Assembly: GCA_013265495.1 (NCBI GenBank)
Contig: MU057615.1
Coordinates: 62,001 to 126,000, forward strand
DNA length: 64,000 bases
Direction: 5' to 3'
Origin: Vicugna vicugna
Lineage: Eukaryota
Each line of letters opens with the position of its first letter. Within the stretch, counting starts at the first letter, position 1. Positions 37,750 to 50,221 of this stretch are shown in pieces. Position numbers and translations under genes: made by a program. The notes beneath the pieces are model-generated. The model ran no database searches. It was not told the origin of the DNA and saw only the letters and a list, made by a program, of their open reading frames with translations.

Positions 37750-40700
37750 GTTAATTAATTGGGAAGGTGGGTAAAATTCTCCAGTGAAACTGGCTGGTTC
37801 TGAAATTTTATTTGGGAGGGAGCTTTTAAATTATGAATATAATTTAGTTAACAATAATAGGACTATTCACATTATCTGTTTGATCTAAGTTGAATTCTGG
37901 CAGGTTGTAAATTTTGAGGAATTGGTCCATTTCTTGTTAATTGCTAACTTTGAGTGTCCCATTGTTCACAGTCTCCACCATGTCTCCTCAAGGGCTTCAG
38001 GGTCTGCAGGGATATCTGTGTTTCACTCTCCATATCAGGGGTTTGTGCCTTTTCTCTGTCATTTTTGTAGCTCAAGTGGTAAAGTGCATGCTTAGCATGC
38101 ACAAGGTCCTGGGTTCAATTCCTAGTACTTCCTCAGAAAACAAATAAATCTATTTGTCATTTTTGTTAGGAGTTTATCACTTTTATAGACTTGAAAACTG
38201 AGCTTTTTATTTCTTTGCCTTTTCTCTATTGTTTTCTTATTTTCAGTTCTGTTAGTTTGCTCTTATCTTTATTATTTCACTCCTTTAGCTTGCTTTGGGT
38301 TTATTTTGGTTTTCTTTTCCAAATCTTTTGAGCTAGTAATTTAGGTTACTGATCTGTGACCTTTCCTTTGTTCTAATGTAAGCATTCAGTGCTAAGAATT
38401 TCCGTTTCACTACTGCTTTAGCTGCATTCCACATATTTTGATATGTTGTATTTTCACTTTCATTCAGTTCTATGCATTTAAAATTTTTTTCGTTGACATA
38501 TAAGCTCCACCCATAAATTATGTAGAAGTATGTTGTTTAATTTCTGTATGGAGATTTTCCTGTTGTCTTTCTCTTTTTTAATTTGTTTTAGTGATTTCAT
38601 TGCTGTCAGAGAACAAACTCTGGTTGTTTCCAATTACTTTAAATTTCTTGATGTTTATTTTATGACCTAGGATAGGGTCTGTCTTGGTAAATGCTTCACG
38701 GGTGTTGGATTTAAAATGTGTATTCTGCTGTTTTAGTGTGGAGTTTTCTATATATGTGAGTTAGATTCTGTTTGTAGATCAATTTGTCCAGTCCTTCTAT
38801 GTCCTTGATGATTTTATGTCTAATGTTTCTGTCAGTGGCTTGGGTGGGGTTCTAAGTCCCCAGTGACAATTGTGAATTTGTGTATTTCTCCTTCAGATCT
38901 ATCATATTTTGCTTCATGTATTTGGATGCTCATAACATATTGCTGTTTGGTTCATATATATTTGATGTTCATCACATATTGCACAGAACATATTGTTATG
39001 TTTTCCTGCTGAGATGACCTGTTAATCATTTTGTAATGCCTCTTTGTGTCCCTAGTAATTTTCTTTTCTCTGAAGTCTGCTTCATGAAATATTAATATAG
39101 CTACTCTTTTTTCCTTTAAAATTAATTTTTTCATGGTGTATCTTCTCCCATATTTTTCACTTTCATTCTACCTACGTTGTTTGATTTGAAGTGAGTTTCT
39201 TATAGAGAGCACATAGTTGGATTATTTTTTTAATCAACTTTGTCAATTTCTGTATTTTAATGGTTGCATCCAAATTATTCACATGTACAATAATTAGTGA
39301 TATAAGATATAAACATTAGTGTCTGCCACTGTCATATTTGTTTTCCTTTCCTTTCATTTTTTTCCTCAGTTCTCTGTTTCTCTTCAGTTATCTTTACTTG
39401 GGTTACTTGAACATTTTTTTAGGATTCCATCCTGATTTAGTTATATTGATTTTGTATATATTGCTTTATATGGTTTTGTTCGTGGTTACTCTCAGAATCA
39501 CAGTGTACATTCATAGTGGTCTCATTGTTTCATGATGTTGAATGAAGCGTAGAAAACCTGCTTCTGTTTAGTTTCCTGAACTCTCACTTGTGATACAATT
39601 ATTGCAGGGATGTCCTATGCATACATTGAGCCCCGCATCAGAGAGTATTATGATTTAAACATCAAATATATTTAAGTAATTAATGAAAAACATTGTGTAT
39701 TATGATTTTATCCCTACTCTTACTAAACCCCAAGCTCTTTTTCCTTTTCTGAAGTTCTAAACTTTCTTTTATTATCTTTTACTTTCTGTTTAGAGAACCT
39801 CCCTTTAGGCATTCTTTATGAGAGAGACAGATCTGCTGAGTTGTCCTTTGTATGAGAATGCTTTGATGTGTCCTCTCCTTATGGAAAGGGAGCTGTTTCC
39901 CCTGGATGTGCTGGTCATGGTTGCGTTCTTCTCACTTAGCACTTGAAGTGTGCTGTGTCGCGTTCGTCTGGTGTCAGCGGTTTCAGATGAGGTGTGTTGG
40001 CGTTTGCGCTGGCCTCCGCCTCTGTGTGATGTGTTATTTCTCCCCGGCTGCCTTCCAGCTTTCCTCTTTATCTTCATTTTCATTAATTTTTATCATGCTG
40101 TGTCTAGGCTTGGATTATCTGAGCGCATCTTATTTGAGGTTTGCTCAGCCTCTTGAATCTCATGTCTTTCTTCAAATTTTGGATGTTTTCAACCACTATT
40201 TCTTGTAATATTTTTCAGTCCACCATCTTTTCTTGAGACCTTATGATACAAATAGTAACTCCTTTATAGTTGACATTTAGTTCTGTGAGACGCTGTTTTG
40301 TGTGTGTGTTTTGTCTGTTTGTTTACAGTCTACTTTCTCTCTGTTATTTAGATTGAGTAAATTTTTTTCATCTGTCCCCAATTATACAGAGCCCATCTTC
40401 TGGCCTCTCCTTTCTATGATTGAGCCCATTCAGTGAATTTTAAAAATTGTATTTACTGTATTTGCTATAGTTCCCATTTGGTTATTTCCTGCACTTTTCC
40501 ATTTAAAAAAAAATTTCTTTCAAGAGGTTTTATAATAGCTTGTTGGATGGCTTCTTTATAGTCCTAGTTAGACAATGCCGGCATCTGCCTCACCTCTGTG
40601 TCAGCGCCTGCTGATCGCCTTTTCTCGTACAGCTTGTGATTTTCTGCTTCTTGCTGATGAGTAGTTTTCTATGGTAGCCTGGAAATGTTGGACATTATGA

Positions 40701-40800
40701 GACTGGATCCTATTTAAGTTCTTTTCGCAGGCATCCCTTGGTGGAGGTGTATGTAGTGAAGGCCAGGTGAGGTGTATGTGCAGCTTCCCTTTGGCCCCAC
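37750..40800 (-). mobile_element. Large degenerate old L1 (ORF1 plus ORF2 endonuclease)
   Basis: 38952-39134 gives RVAILIFHEADFREKKITRDTKRHYKMIN (L1 EN domain); 39805-40083 gives an ORF1-like remnant (HSTLQVLSEKN). Confidence 0.85.
38067..38154 (+). mobile_element. Vic-1-type SINE inserted in L1
   Basis: gtagctcaagtggtaaagtgcatgcttagcatgcacaaggtcctgggttcaattcctagtac; 12-bp TSD TGTCATTTTTGT (38057-38068 and 38155-38166). Confidence 0.92.
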
Positions 40801-41349
40801 CAGCACTGCCCTGGCCAAAGCAGGGTGCTGACCCAGATGCCATTGCAGATGAGTGGGATGGGGTTTCAGCTCTCCCCTAGCCCTGTGGCCACCTTCCCAG
40901 TCAACTCCCCTATCTGATTTTCCTCTTCCTATACATGGTGCCCTGTTCTCTACCAGTTGTAAAGATCCTTAACATTAGCTATTGCCAACACCTTTCTTCT
41001 GCTTCTTGGGCCAGAGCCCTCTTGTTGCTGCTGTCCCTCCCCGAGACCCTGTCTGTCCTGCCCAAACTCTGCCCCACCAGGAGTCCCCAGCATGGCCAGC
41101 CCCTTGCTGGAAGCAGAGAACCCATCTTGCCACTCTTTGCTCAAAATGCTGTAGTGTTTTCCTCTTACCTACTAAACTATGTATAATCTCTTCGCAGGAA
41201 ATTAAGGGCTCTTGCTTCCAAAATGGGCTCCAAACTGCCTCTCTACCTTCTGTCTTCTTAAAGTAAAAAATCTCACAGGTCAGTATGTTCATAAGATGAC
41301 CTTATTATTAAATCTAATAAGAATACCTGCCCGGCTACCCTCTTCCAGA

Positions 41350-41760
41350 CCCTGTGCTATGTCCTAAAATGCATCATCTCATTTAGTCCTTGTAATATTC
41401 CAATGAGGCAACCCACACACAGGTTGGTAAAGATCCCAGAGCCTGGAGGAGTCATCCCTGGGTGCAAATCCTAGCTCAGCCCTACGAGCCAGGGTCCTTG
41501 ACCTTCTGGGTCACAGCTCTTCATGCGTGAATATGAGCAGTGCTCTCAGCGTTGTTGTGAAGTGGAAGGAGGCGATGCAGAAGGAGCTCCCTGCGCAAGG
41601 TGTTGAGCACAGTAAGCATTCATACAGTGTTGCAGCCGTTGTTGTTGCTGGATTCAGCGTCATGGCCATTCTGTAAGGTGAGGCCCAGTGAGGTGACATG
41701 CGGTGCTGAGATCACCCAGTTACTCAGCAGTGAAGCAGGTGTCCCTCCAACCCTGGGGGC
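41350..41760. mobile_element. MIR fragments in both orientations
   Basis: catcatctcatttagtcct; ggggtgcaaatcctagctcagcc...ccttgacc; ccattctgtaaggtgagg. Confidence 0.55.
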
Positions 41761-41923
41761 ATGGGCAGGGTGTGGGATGACCCTTCTGCTTTGTTACTAG
41801 GTTATCTACTTACACAAAACTTTAGAAAGAATGAGAAATCCATTCCACTTAAAATTTGATGTCCTTCTGCCCTGATCAGCCTTCACAATGAAATCTGCCC
41901 CTTTGCTCTATTGTGTGAACCAG

Positions 41924-41974
41924 AAGTTGGTCTTTATAATGAGGAGAATACCAGATAACACTCTTAGCAGCAAA
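41924..41974 (+). other. Candidate micro-exon (51 nt)
   Basis: Acceptor ctttgctctattgtgtgaaccag| and donor AAA|gtaagc; open in phase 0 (KLVFIMRRIPDNTLSSK). Confidence 0.2.
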
Positions 41975-41987
41975 GTAAGCATCAAGG

Positions 41988-42640
41988 TGTTGCCAGTGGA
42001 TGCAACTGGTATTCCAGGTTCTTGTCCCATCTCAGAAAGTATTCAGAGACAAGACGTAGTGATTGAAAAAAGTAAAGTGAGAAGTTACTGAAGGAAGGAT
42101 AGCATACTCTCAGGGGGAGAGCGGGCAGGCTCAGGTGAGTGGCTGCCCTGTGTTTTCTTTGGCAAGTTAATTAATTACATAGGGTGTAAAAGTGGATGGG
42201 TAGGATATTCATTGGGGAGGGAAGGGTTTTGGGTCGTATTCCCTGGTTATCATCCCAGCTCCACCTTCCGAAAGGGAGGAGGGATTTTTGTCTTTATTTT
42301 GTCTGAATCAGAAGTGTCACGGTGCATGATGGGTACTTCTAATCTGCAAGGCTAATTTTATTGAAATGAGGGCATAATAAGCAAAAGTTACACTCGGATA
42401 CTGGAAGTTCCTGCCTTTCCTCACCTTTCTTTGTCAATCTCCAGGCCACTCATCACCCCAAAAGGTGTGACCACTAATCAGCCCAAAGGTTCCTGCTTTG
42501 CTTTCTCTGTCCAGGGACCCCTGGTGCTGACATGATGTGTGGTTTCCTGCATTTGGTCTGTGCCCCTCCTTCCTGCCCAATTCCTGCCATTTGGTCCATG
42601 TCCCCCTTTCACTGCTCATATCTAGCTGTCTGCTCTAACA
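41988..42640 (-). mobile_element. ERV1-class solo LTR, family E copy 1
   Basis: tgttgccagtgga...ctctaaca; highly similar along its full length to 57824-58476. Confidence 0.9.
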
Positions 42641-43814
42641 CGCTTATTTTCTTTAAATGTTATTTTCTTTAACTGAACATTTACTTGATCTTCAAGATGA
42701 TGTGGTTCAGGGGGCAAGTGCTTGTGCCCTGGAGGGAGCAACCCTCACAGGTGATACCGTCAAGAAACAGCAGCCAAGTTCAGGGAGTTCACACTTGCGC
42801 TTGGGGCTGGTGTCCAGTGGGTTCTGTACGAGTAAACATCAAATATGCATTTTTTGGGAGCTGTCTTAAAGGAGGGATTTAAGGACAGGTGGTGCCAAAG
42901 ATTATTAGAACAGAAGGACCACACGTTGACAGACTGCTTTGGTTTTCATTTGTGTGCTTAGAATGACAGCCGTTACTTCAGCCTGGTCCCAAGGGTGATG
43001 CACTTTTGTTTTAAAGTGAATTTCTTACTGTAACAAAGCAAAATTTTTTCCCAAACATATCTTAACGCAAGGATTAACTTGATTCCCAGCTGATGGCATC
43101 TGGGTGGAAGAGAACGTGTCCCCCACTAGGATGGGGGCGCTGCACCCCTAGTGAAGTACCCACTATCTAAACTTTTGTGGCTGGTTTGTCCTTTGCTTTT
43201 CTCCTTTGTTTTTTCTCTCTTCCCTTCCTGTTCCTTCCTTCTTTCTTCCTTTTGCTTCCCTTCCTTCCTTTCTTTCATTCTCTAGGGTGATGCCTCCACC
43301 TCTTCCAAATAACAAACAGCACAAAAGGAAAAGTAGAGTGAATTGCCAGCTGGTCTGTGACCCTACGACAAAGAGGGGACAGCAGATATAATGCAGTCAG
43401 GTTCGCTGGCTGACATGTCCTGTGTGCAGCCATTGACATGTTATGTTTAAATTTAGTTTATATGAGGCAGGTCTGTCTTTCCCTCTGTGAATCATCTGAC
43501 TGTACTCTGAGGTTGAATTCTACGAGCCACACCTGAAATCCTGCCGCATCATTCTTCACTCCTAAAATACATAACTTGCTCCCTTTGGGAATTTTACATG
43601 AAATAATTGGAGAAAGTCACATGTGTGTTTGCGGAGAGTGGCACGTTAACAAGTCTGCAGGATGTTCCCCGCTGTGTGTCAGGGGCTTCTCAGGTGACGT
43701 CGCTTCCCGGCTGCAGACACGCCACTGAACACAGCACATACACACCCTCCTTCAAGGAGCTGGCATTCTAACATGAGAAAATAAAGGACTGGCCCTCTTT
43801 ACCTGTCAGAGGAG

Positions 43815-44030
43815 GAGGTCCGACAAGTTTTCCTGTAAAGGCCAGACAGTAAGTGCTTTAGGCTTTGTGGCCCTGCGCCTTCGGTCACCATGCTCACCTG
43901 TGCCCTCGTAGGGACCGCAGCGGCCATGGGCCGTGTGTACCTGGTGGGCATGGCTGTGTCCCAGTGAAACTATCTACAGAAGCCGCCCTCAGGGTGCGCT
44001 TGCCCCAAGGAGACCTGGTGTGTGCCCCGA
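43815..44030. mobile_element. MER58-like hAT-Charlie DNA transposon
   Basis: ttttcctgtaaaggccagacagtaagtgctttaggctttgtggcc...gggcatggctgtgtcccagtgaaactatctaca matches the MER58A pattern. Confidence 0.8.
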
Positions 44031-44275
44031 GGCTAGGTCCCTCACTCCCCGCAAAATTCCTTACTTATAGGGCTTAGAGATTTATAGAAATCCCAAATTT
44101 AAAAATTAAAATTTTTTTGTCGATCTTGCCTACACTCTCTATTCTTTTTAATCTAACTCTAGCTTTTAGCTCTTTTGTGCTTTATGAAACACAGAGAAAA
44201 GCATCTCACATTCTGTATAAATACCCAGCCATGTCCACACATTTCCCTTGGAATTCTCCCCACTGATCCGAACAG

Positions 44276-44401
44276 GTGGAAAGTAGACAGGAGAAGAAGA
44301 GAATATTTGTCTACGGCTTGGCTAAGTGCAGCTGGTTTGAATTGTAAAGAAGAGATTAGAAAGACATTGTCTTCTGTTGAGAACCTGTTGAGTCCCCAGC
44401 A
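44276..44401 (+). other. Candidate exon (126 nt), unidentified gene
   Basis: Branch-like cactgat plus aacag| acceptor and weak donor GCA|gtgggt; open in phase 2 (WKVDRRRREYLSTAWLSAAGLNCKEEIRKTLSSVENLLSPQ). Confidence 0.25.
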
Positions 44402-44574
44402 GTGGGTTGTGTCCTTGGCTATGCAGCTGCAGGGTGTGACTGCTGTCCCCTAGGTGTGGACAGGGCAGGACGAGGTTGGACACACACATCCCCAGCGGAC
44501 TGGAGTGGATGGAGCGAGGATGGATTGACGTTGGATGTCACTGGAGGGCAGGGAATAAGCATGTAGCCAGCTGG

Positions 44575-44597
44575 GGTGTGTGTGTGTGTGTGTGTGT
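44575..44597 (+). repeat. (GT)n microsatellite
   Basis: About 11 tandem GT units. Confidence 0.9.
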
Positions 44598-45531
44598 AAG
44601 AGGGGTGGGGAGAAGAATCCAGAAGGAAGGAGAGAGAGGAAGACAGCAGGGAGAAGGAGGGAGGGAGGGAGGCAGAGAGAGAAAGGAATTTAGGTCAAGC
44701 CAAAAAGAACAGTCGTTCTGAGCCACAAGCAGATGGCCACCTGCCCTGGGGTGTTTTCACCCAAGTGGGCCACTGTGCTTTTAAGTACTGGGAACAGCTT
44801 CTTCTCCACAGTTTTGGTCCATAAGAATAACTTAGAAGCTTTGAGGCCTAGAGTCCTGAGTCACAACTAAGTCCTAGGATGGGGAAAAGGCCCAGCAGAC
44901 GTCTCCAGGCTGTGTCAGGGGCCATGTTCCTCTCTGGGCTCGGGCATCACACCTGAGGGGCCAGGGACGGGCCAGCTCTGCACAGAAAGCTCCTCTCTGA
45001 AGGCCCCTGGATCCAGGCTTATGAGCCCTGGGGAGGGGGCAGAGTTGAGATAAGAACCCCTTCCTCTCTCCTCAGTGTCCAGAAAGAGCTGTAATTCCTC
45101 TTGAATTTGCCTCTCCCAGTTGGGGACCACACAGACACATGAAGGCTAAAAAAAAAAGATGTTTAGTAAGAAGAGTGTTCACATGCACATTTCCCCCCTC
45201 AAAGGAAACGTTCATCCTTTGGGGTTTCATCACGCTCGGTGGCACATCCCTCTCTCTGCCTCTCCCAACCAGGGACCCCTTCCTGCCGTGGTCCTCCTGC
45301 GGTCTGCGGGCATCCTTCCTGCATCACATACATGCGCGCACACACACACGGCGGGAGGGTACACGCACCCTCACATGCCCCATCTAACCTGGCGCAGAGA
45401 GTTGTCAAACGTGAGCGGACACTCTGCTTATGTTCCCCTTGATAGCAGCTCAGTGGATTGGAGAATATTACCACCACTTCGTGCTTGAGAACACTGGAAA
45501 ATATGAGGGCAGGAGACCGTGGCTTGATTGC

Positions 45532-45680
45532 TTTTTTTTAATTGACTTATAGTCAGTTGACAATGTGTCAATTTCTGTGGGCAGCACAGTGCTTCAGTCA
45601 CACATGAACATACATACATTCATTTTCATACTTTTTTATCATGAGCTACTACAAGACCTTGAATATATTTCTCTGTGTGA
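45532..45680 (-). mobile_element. Lineage-specific L1 3' end
   Basis: ttttttttaattgacttatagtcagttgacaatgtgtcaatttctg; same family as 4450 and 50371. Confidence 0.82.
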
Positions 45681-46715
45681 TTGAACTTTTAAACACAGAC
45701 CATTTAGAAACCAAGTGCCAGCAGAATAAGAGGAGCAGCGTTCCTGCCCCAGAGCCAGGAAAGGGACACTCCCGCAGACCCTGCAGCGGCCCTGGGGGGG
45801 CACCGGGAGGATCCGTGGGGTGGGGGGCAGGCAGGCAGGAGTGCTTTGCCTAAGGAGGGCCATGCATTCCTCAGAGCAGCCCGGAACCGAGGTTCCTAGG
45901 AACACGCTCGCCTTTCCTCTCACATCGGTCTCTCCAAGTTCCCTAGGAGATCCACGATGAAGGTGTCTCCTTAAGGACCATTTTCTTATCAATCAGTAGA
46001 AATAAAAGAAGGGTTGGAGAAATACCACAGGCCATCACTGAGCCTGTCAGGGAATGTGTTTTTGTTATTTTGGGAGCTAGAGGTGGGCAAAGGCAATGAA
46101 GGAAGTGGGGCCAGTGAGGGGACCCAGGCCAGGACCTCTGGTCCCGCGGGCCTGCACGTGAGCCCCGCTTGGCGCCCCAGGGCCGTCGCTGCTGATGGAG
46201 CCGCCGCCTGTGGGCAGTGCTCCTGGACCAGGGCAGCGCCTTGTCTCCTTCCTGTCCCCTCTTCACCAGATCTGTGCCACACGGAGCCTGCCCCAGGAAC
46301 CCAGCAAGTGCTCCATGTGTCCGGAATCACGGGGAACCAGCAGGACATGTAAATACACATCATCCCCCAGCTACGTTGATGGAAGTAACTGCACCTTTAG
46401 GGAGCAGCCTTTCTAAAATGTATTTTGCAATTCTGCCTCCTCAAAGACCGCTCATCGAATATAAATTGCTCTGTGGTCCTTGAACAGAGGGCCCTCAGGG
46501 GCTCAGCGGTGACCCTCCGTGCGCAGAGGGCCCCGCAGAGTGGCTGCGGCGCTGGCCACGTGCCCGGGGCTCCGGAGGCAGAGCTGTCTGACATTCTGCA
46601 TCCACTTGCTTTCATTTCATTTTGTCTTTTCTCTGCTCTTCACACTCTCATAACAGCTGGGTGCTGTCAGCAGTATGTCTGTTACAACTCCCTGTTTCTT
46701 GTTGGTGTTTCTAAG

Positions 46716-46847
46716 CTTCCGGCAGCTTGAAACTTAGAAAACAAATCTGAAAGCAAATCAGAACGTGAGCAGTTTAAGTTCACGGAGTCCAGCTTAGACC
46801 TGGCTCCTCGGACGTTTACACGGGTGGACCTCTTGTCCTTGCTGAAT
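46716..46847 (+). pseudogene. Exon-like segment (132 nt) with one early in-frame TGA
   Basis: Acceptor cctgtttcttgttggtgtttctaag| and donor AAT|gtaaga. Phase 0 reads LPAA*NLENKSESKSEREQFKFTESSLDLAPRTFTRVDLLSLLN; the other frames each have three stops. Confidence 0.25.
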
Positions 46848-48502
46848 GTAAGAGCTGTATTAGTTGAGACCCACGCGTTCCCCGTGTAGGACCCTCTCAG
46901 GTCCATGGAGGGAGGCACTGTTAGCACACGGTTCTTGAACAGGACTACAGTGAGAGCCAGGCCTTCCCAGGAGTGAATCTGCGCCTACACCCCTGCTCTT
47001 AGCCACTCAAGGACTAGATCAGAGAAGCCGCGACATGATCCAGTACTTAACAACCTATGAAAAATTAATGTAAAAATGAGGTGCTTCAACCATAGCTGGA
47101 AAGTTATTTACCGTGTGACAAACAAGACTTTTGATGTAAGAGGGAAATACTGCTTAGGAAACAAATAATACATGAAGCGTCGGGACCTCCTGTCCTAAAA
47201 ACAAACGTGCTTCAAAGAGCTTAGATGCTCTGAAGACTATCCGCATTTTAAAAGTGATCTTTTTATAGTGTAGTCATGTTGAATTAAGTCTGAATGTTAT
47301 TGTTCTGTAACTGTACACAGGCCCGTTGCAAAATGACTAACAGCTTATGCTAAAGTGCTTTGCCTCTTACCCTTGAGGTGAGAGTTCAGTTTAGAATGAC
47401 AGCAGGTTTTTTTTTGAGACTAGTGAGACAGGCCAGTGAAATATCCGCAAGCCTCTGGGCTGAGTCACAGAAGGTAGTTACACTCAAATCCACCCTCTGC
47501 CGCTGCTCCCTTCCGGTTACAATCTGCCTTTGTGCTTGTCTGAAGGACTTACTGTATATTCATGCATTTGCATGAATGACCTCCTTAAACACACATAACC
47601 ACCCTGTAATGTTGGCATTTCTATCTTCCCATTCTAAAGGTGAGAAAATTGAGGCTTAGAGAGTCTAATGAACTTGGTCACAGGAGTGGTCAGCGCAGAG
47701 CAAGAGACCCAGCCCAGCCTGGCGCCCTGCAAGCTCCGTGCCTTCCACGGCTCGCTGAGCAAGCATCCAGGGGCTGTCCACCCAGACCGCCCCGTGGAGT
47801 GTCTTCTCTTGGAGGGTCACAGGGACCTGACTCTCTTCTACACGACTTACTGTGGCAGACGCCTGAAGGAAGCGAGTTCATATTTGCTGTTACAGACTGT
47901 TTCGAGGCCTTTGTAACGTCCTGCAGGCTTAACCATCAGTGGTGAAGGTGGGACTCTCTGGGACTCAAAGATCCTGTCATTCTGGGTTCTTGGTTTCCTC
48001 TGCCAACTAGGACAGAAGACTCTCGGAGCTAGACCCAAGGGATGAAAGGAAAATTGGTCTGGAAAATAATGTTAAGTTTAGAGAAAACAAACCCCTGTCA
48101 CTCGGTACACCCTGCCTTCCAAGGCCCTGGAGAGAAATAAAAGTAATTACAGAAGCAGCACTGTCTTAAGGGGACCAGTGGGACATAAATGTGACATAAA
48201 CTATAGAGAACAGTTGGAATGGAGGACTTCGGCTCAATCATCAGGTATTTACTTTAGCAGGTGCCTGAAATTCTGGGCCACGTGCTTCAGCTCCTCACCT
48301 CCTTTTAAGTGGACATAAATGATGTGTTAAATTATTGGCTTTGTTCACAGAATATCCACTAAGTATCTAGAGGAAAGAACTACCAGGAACCCTAGCTATG
48401 AGATGAGTTTTATCTTATAGGCAATATTTTTATACCTGTATTTCTTTTAGGATGTTTTCCCCTGCTGTCACGAAATTTTAAATAAAATCTTCATACCTAT
48501 TT

Positions 48503-48925
48503 AAAAAATTGTGGTAAAAATACACATAGAACTTATAATTTAAGCATTTTTTAAGCATACAGTTCAAAAGGTTTAAGCACATTCACATTGTTGTACAACC
48601 GTCACCACCATCCATCTCTAGAGCATTGTCGTCTTCCCAAACTGAAGCTCTGTATCCATTAAACTCTAACTCCCCTCTCCTCTCTCCCCCAGCCCCTGGC
48701 AACCATCATTCTACTTTCTGTCCCTATAATTTGACTGCTCTAGGTACCTCATATAACTGGAATCATACAGGATTGTATTTTTATGGCTGGTTAATTTTTT
48801 TTAGCACAATGCCCTCAAGGTTCATCCACAGTGTAGCATGTGTCAGGATTTCCTTTCTTTTTTAAGGCAGAGTAATATTCCATGGTACGTATAGACTGCA
48901 CTTTGTTTATCCATTCCTCCTTCAG
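48503..48925 (-). mobile_element. L1MA/MB-like 3' end
   Basis: gcacattcacattgttgtacaaccgtcaccaccatccatctc...cccagcccctggcaaccatcattctactttctgtc. Confidence 0.88.
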
Positions 48926-49534
48926 TGTTTCATGCCCACTTTAATTCTCTATAATTGTATCACTCTCTTTACATCAGTGTAATCCAGTATTACATAGGAA
49001 AAATATTTTAGGCCAAATGTCTGATGAAGTCCTATGTTTATCTTGAAGATTTGACCAAGAAGCCATCACTGGAGGAGGCTTCCAAACTTACTTGACAGAG
49101 GGAGGGAGAAACAGAGCAATCAGAACAATGATGATCAGCCACATTAGTAAGAGGCTTCACCTAATTTTAACTTTTCATTAATGTATAGCTTCTTGGTTAT
49201 GAACGTAGCTGCTGAAAGAAAGTCAATTCCATATGGTTCCATTTCAAACCCTGAGTACCTTTTAGCACTTTATCTTGATCATATAATGTTTCACAACAGT
49301 GCCTACCTTCAAACTCAGTCACTGGAAGTGGACAGTTCTGCACTTGCGGTGCAAACTGTGTGGGCACTAGAGAGGGGTGGGGTGTTTGCTTGTTTGCTTG
49401 CTGTTAAGGTAAGAATGGAAGACCTCAATGTTTCCACGGTTTACTTCACAGTTTATTGAGTGCTGACTGATGGCACAACAAGGGGACAATCCGTTATTGG
49501 CCATTTACTCAGTGATACAGAGCATTTTTAGAGT

Positions 49535-49651
49535 ATTGGGGGGGGCTGTAATTCGGTTTATTTGTTTATTTTTAGAGGAGGTACTGGGGATTGAACCCAG
49601 GACCTCGTGCATGCTAAGCAGGCACTCTACCACTGAGTTATACCCTCCCCC
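49535..49651 (-). mobile_element. Vic-1-type SINE
   Basis: gaggtactggggattgaacccaggacctcgtgcatgctaagcaggcactctaccactgagttataccctcccc; gagtat flanks on both sides. Confidence 0.92.
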
Positions 49652-50221
49652 GAGTATGTTTAATCTGTTAAATATATGGGCTTCGGCGTCACTGTGCTGT
49701 GTGTGTGAATCAGTCTGCCACTTGCTAGGCGAGACAATCTGGAGAAGCCACCTGATCTCAGAGCCAGCTATCTCTTGTGAGCTAAATACAGGGACTTGCC
49801 CCGTGAGGTTTCTGTGAAGATAGATACATGGTTATTTCTTGTAAAACAATGGAAAGTGCTAGGTATGTAGAGACACACCATACATAGTAGGCAGTAATAT
49901 TAGCCATGGGAGGTGAGCTGTTAATTGACCTGAGAACATTCTGATTAAACAAGAGGTGCACGTTCAGGGCTGCTTAGTTAACTAGGCGGCCACAGCAATG
50001 TGGATGGAGGTGCCCACAGACAGCCGCCACGTGCCGTGGAGCACACTGCGGACAGGGTGAGCTGTGGTCTTCTTTGCTGAAGTTAAGGTTTAGCCTCTAA
50101 ATTTTTGAGATTCAAGAATGTTGACGTTTGGGCACTACTGCACTTAACTTTTTTAGTTCCAGAAAAACTATATGTTAGGGGGAAAAAAAAAAGCTGAATC
50201 CCATCATTTACAGAGGGCACC

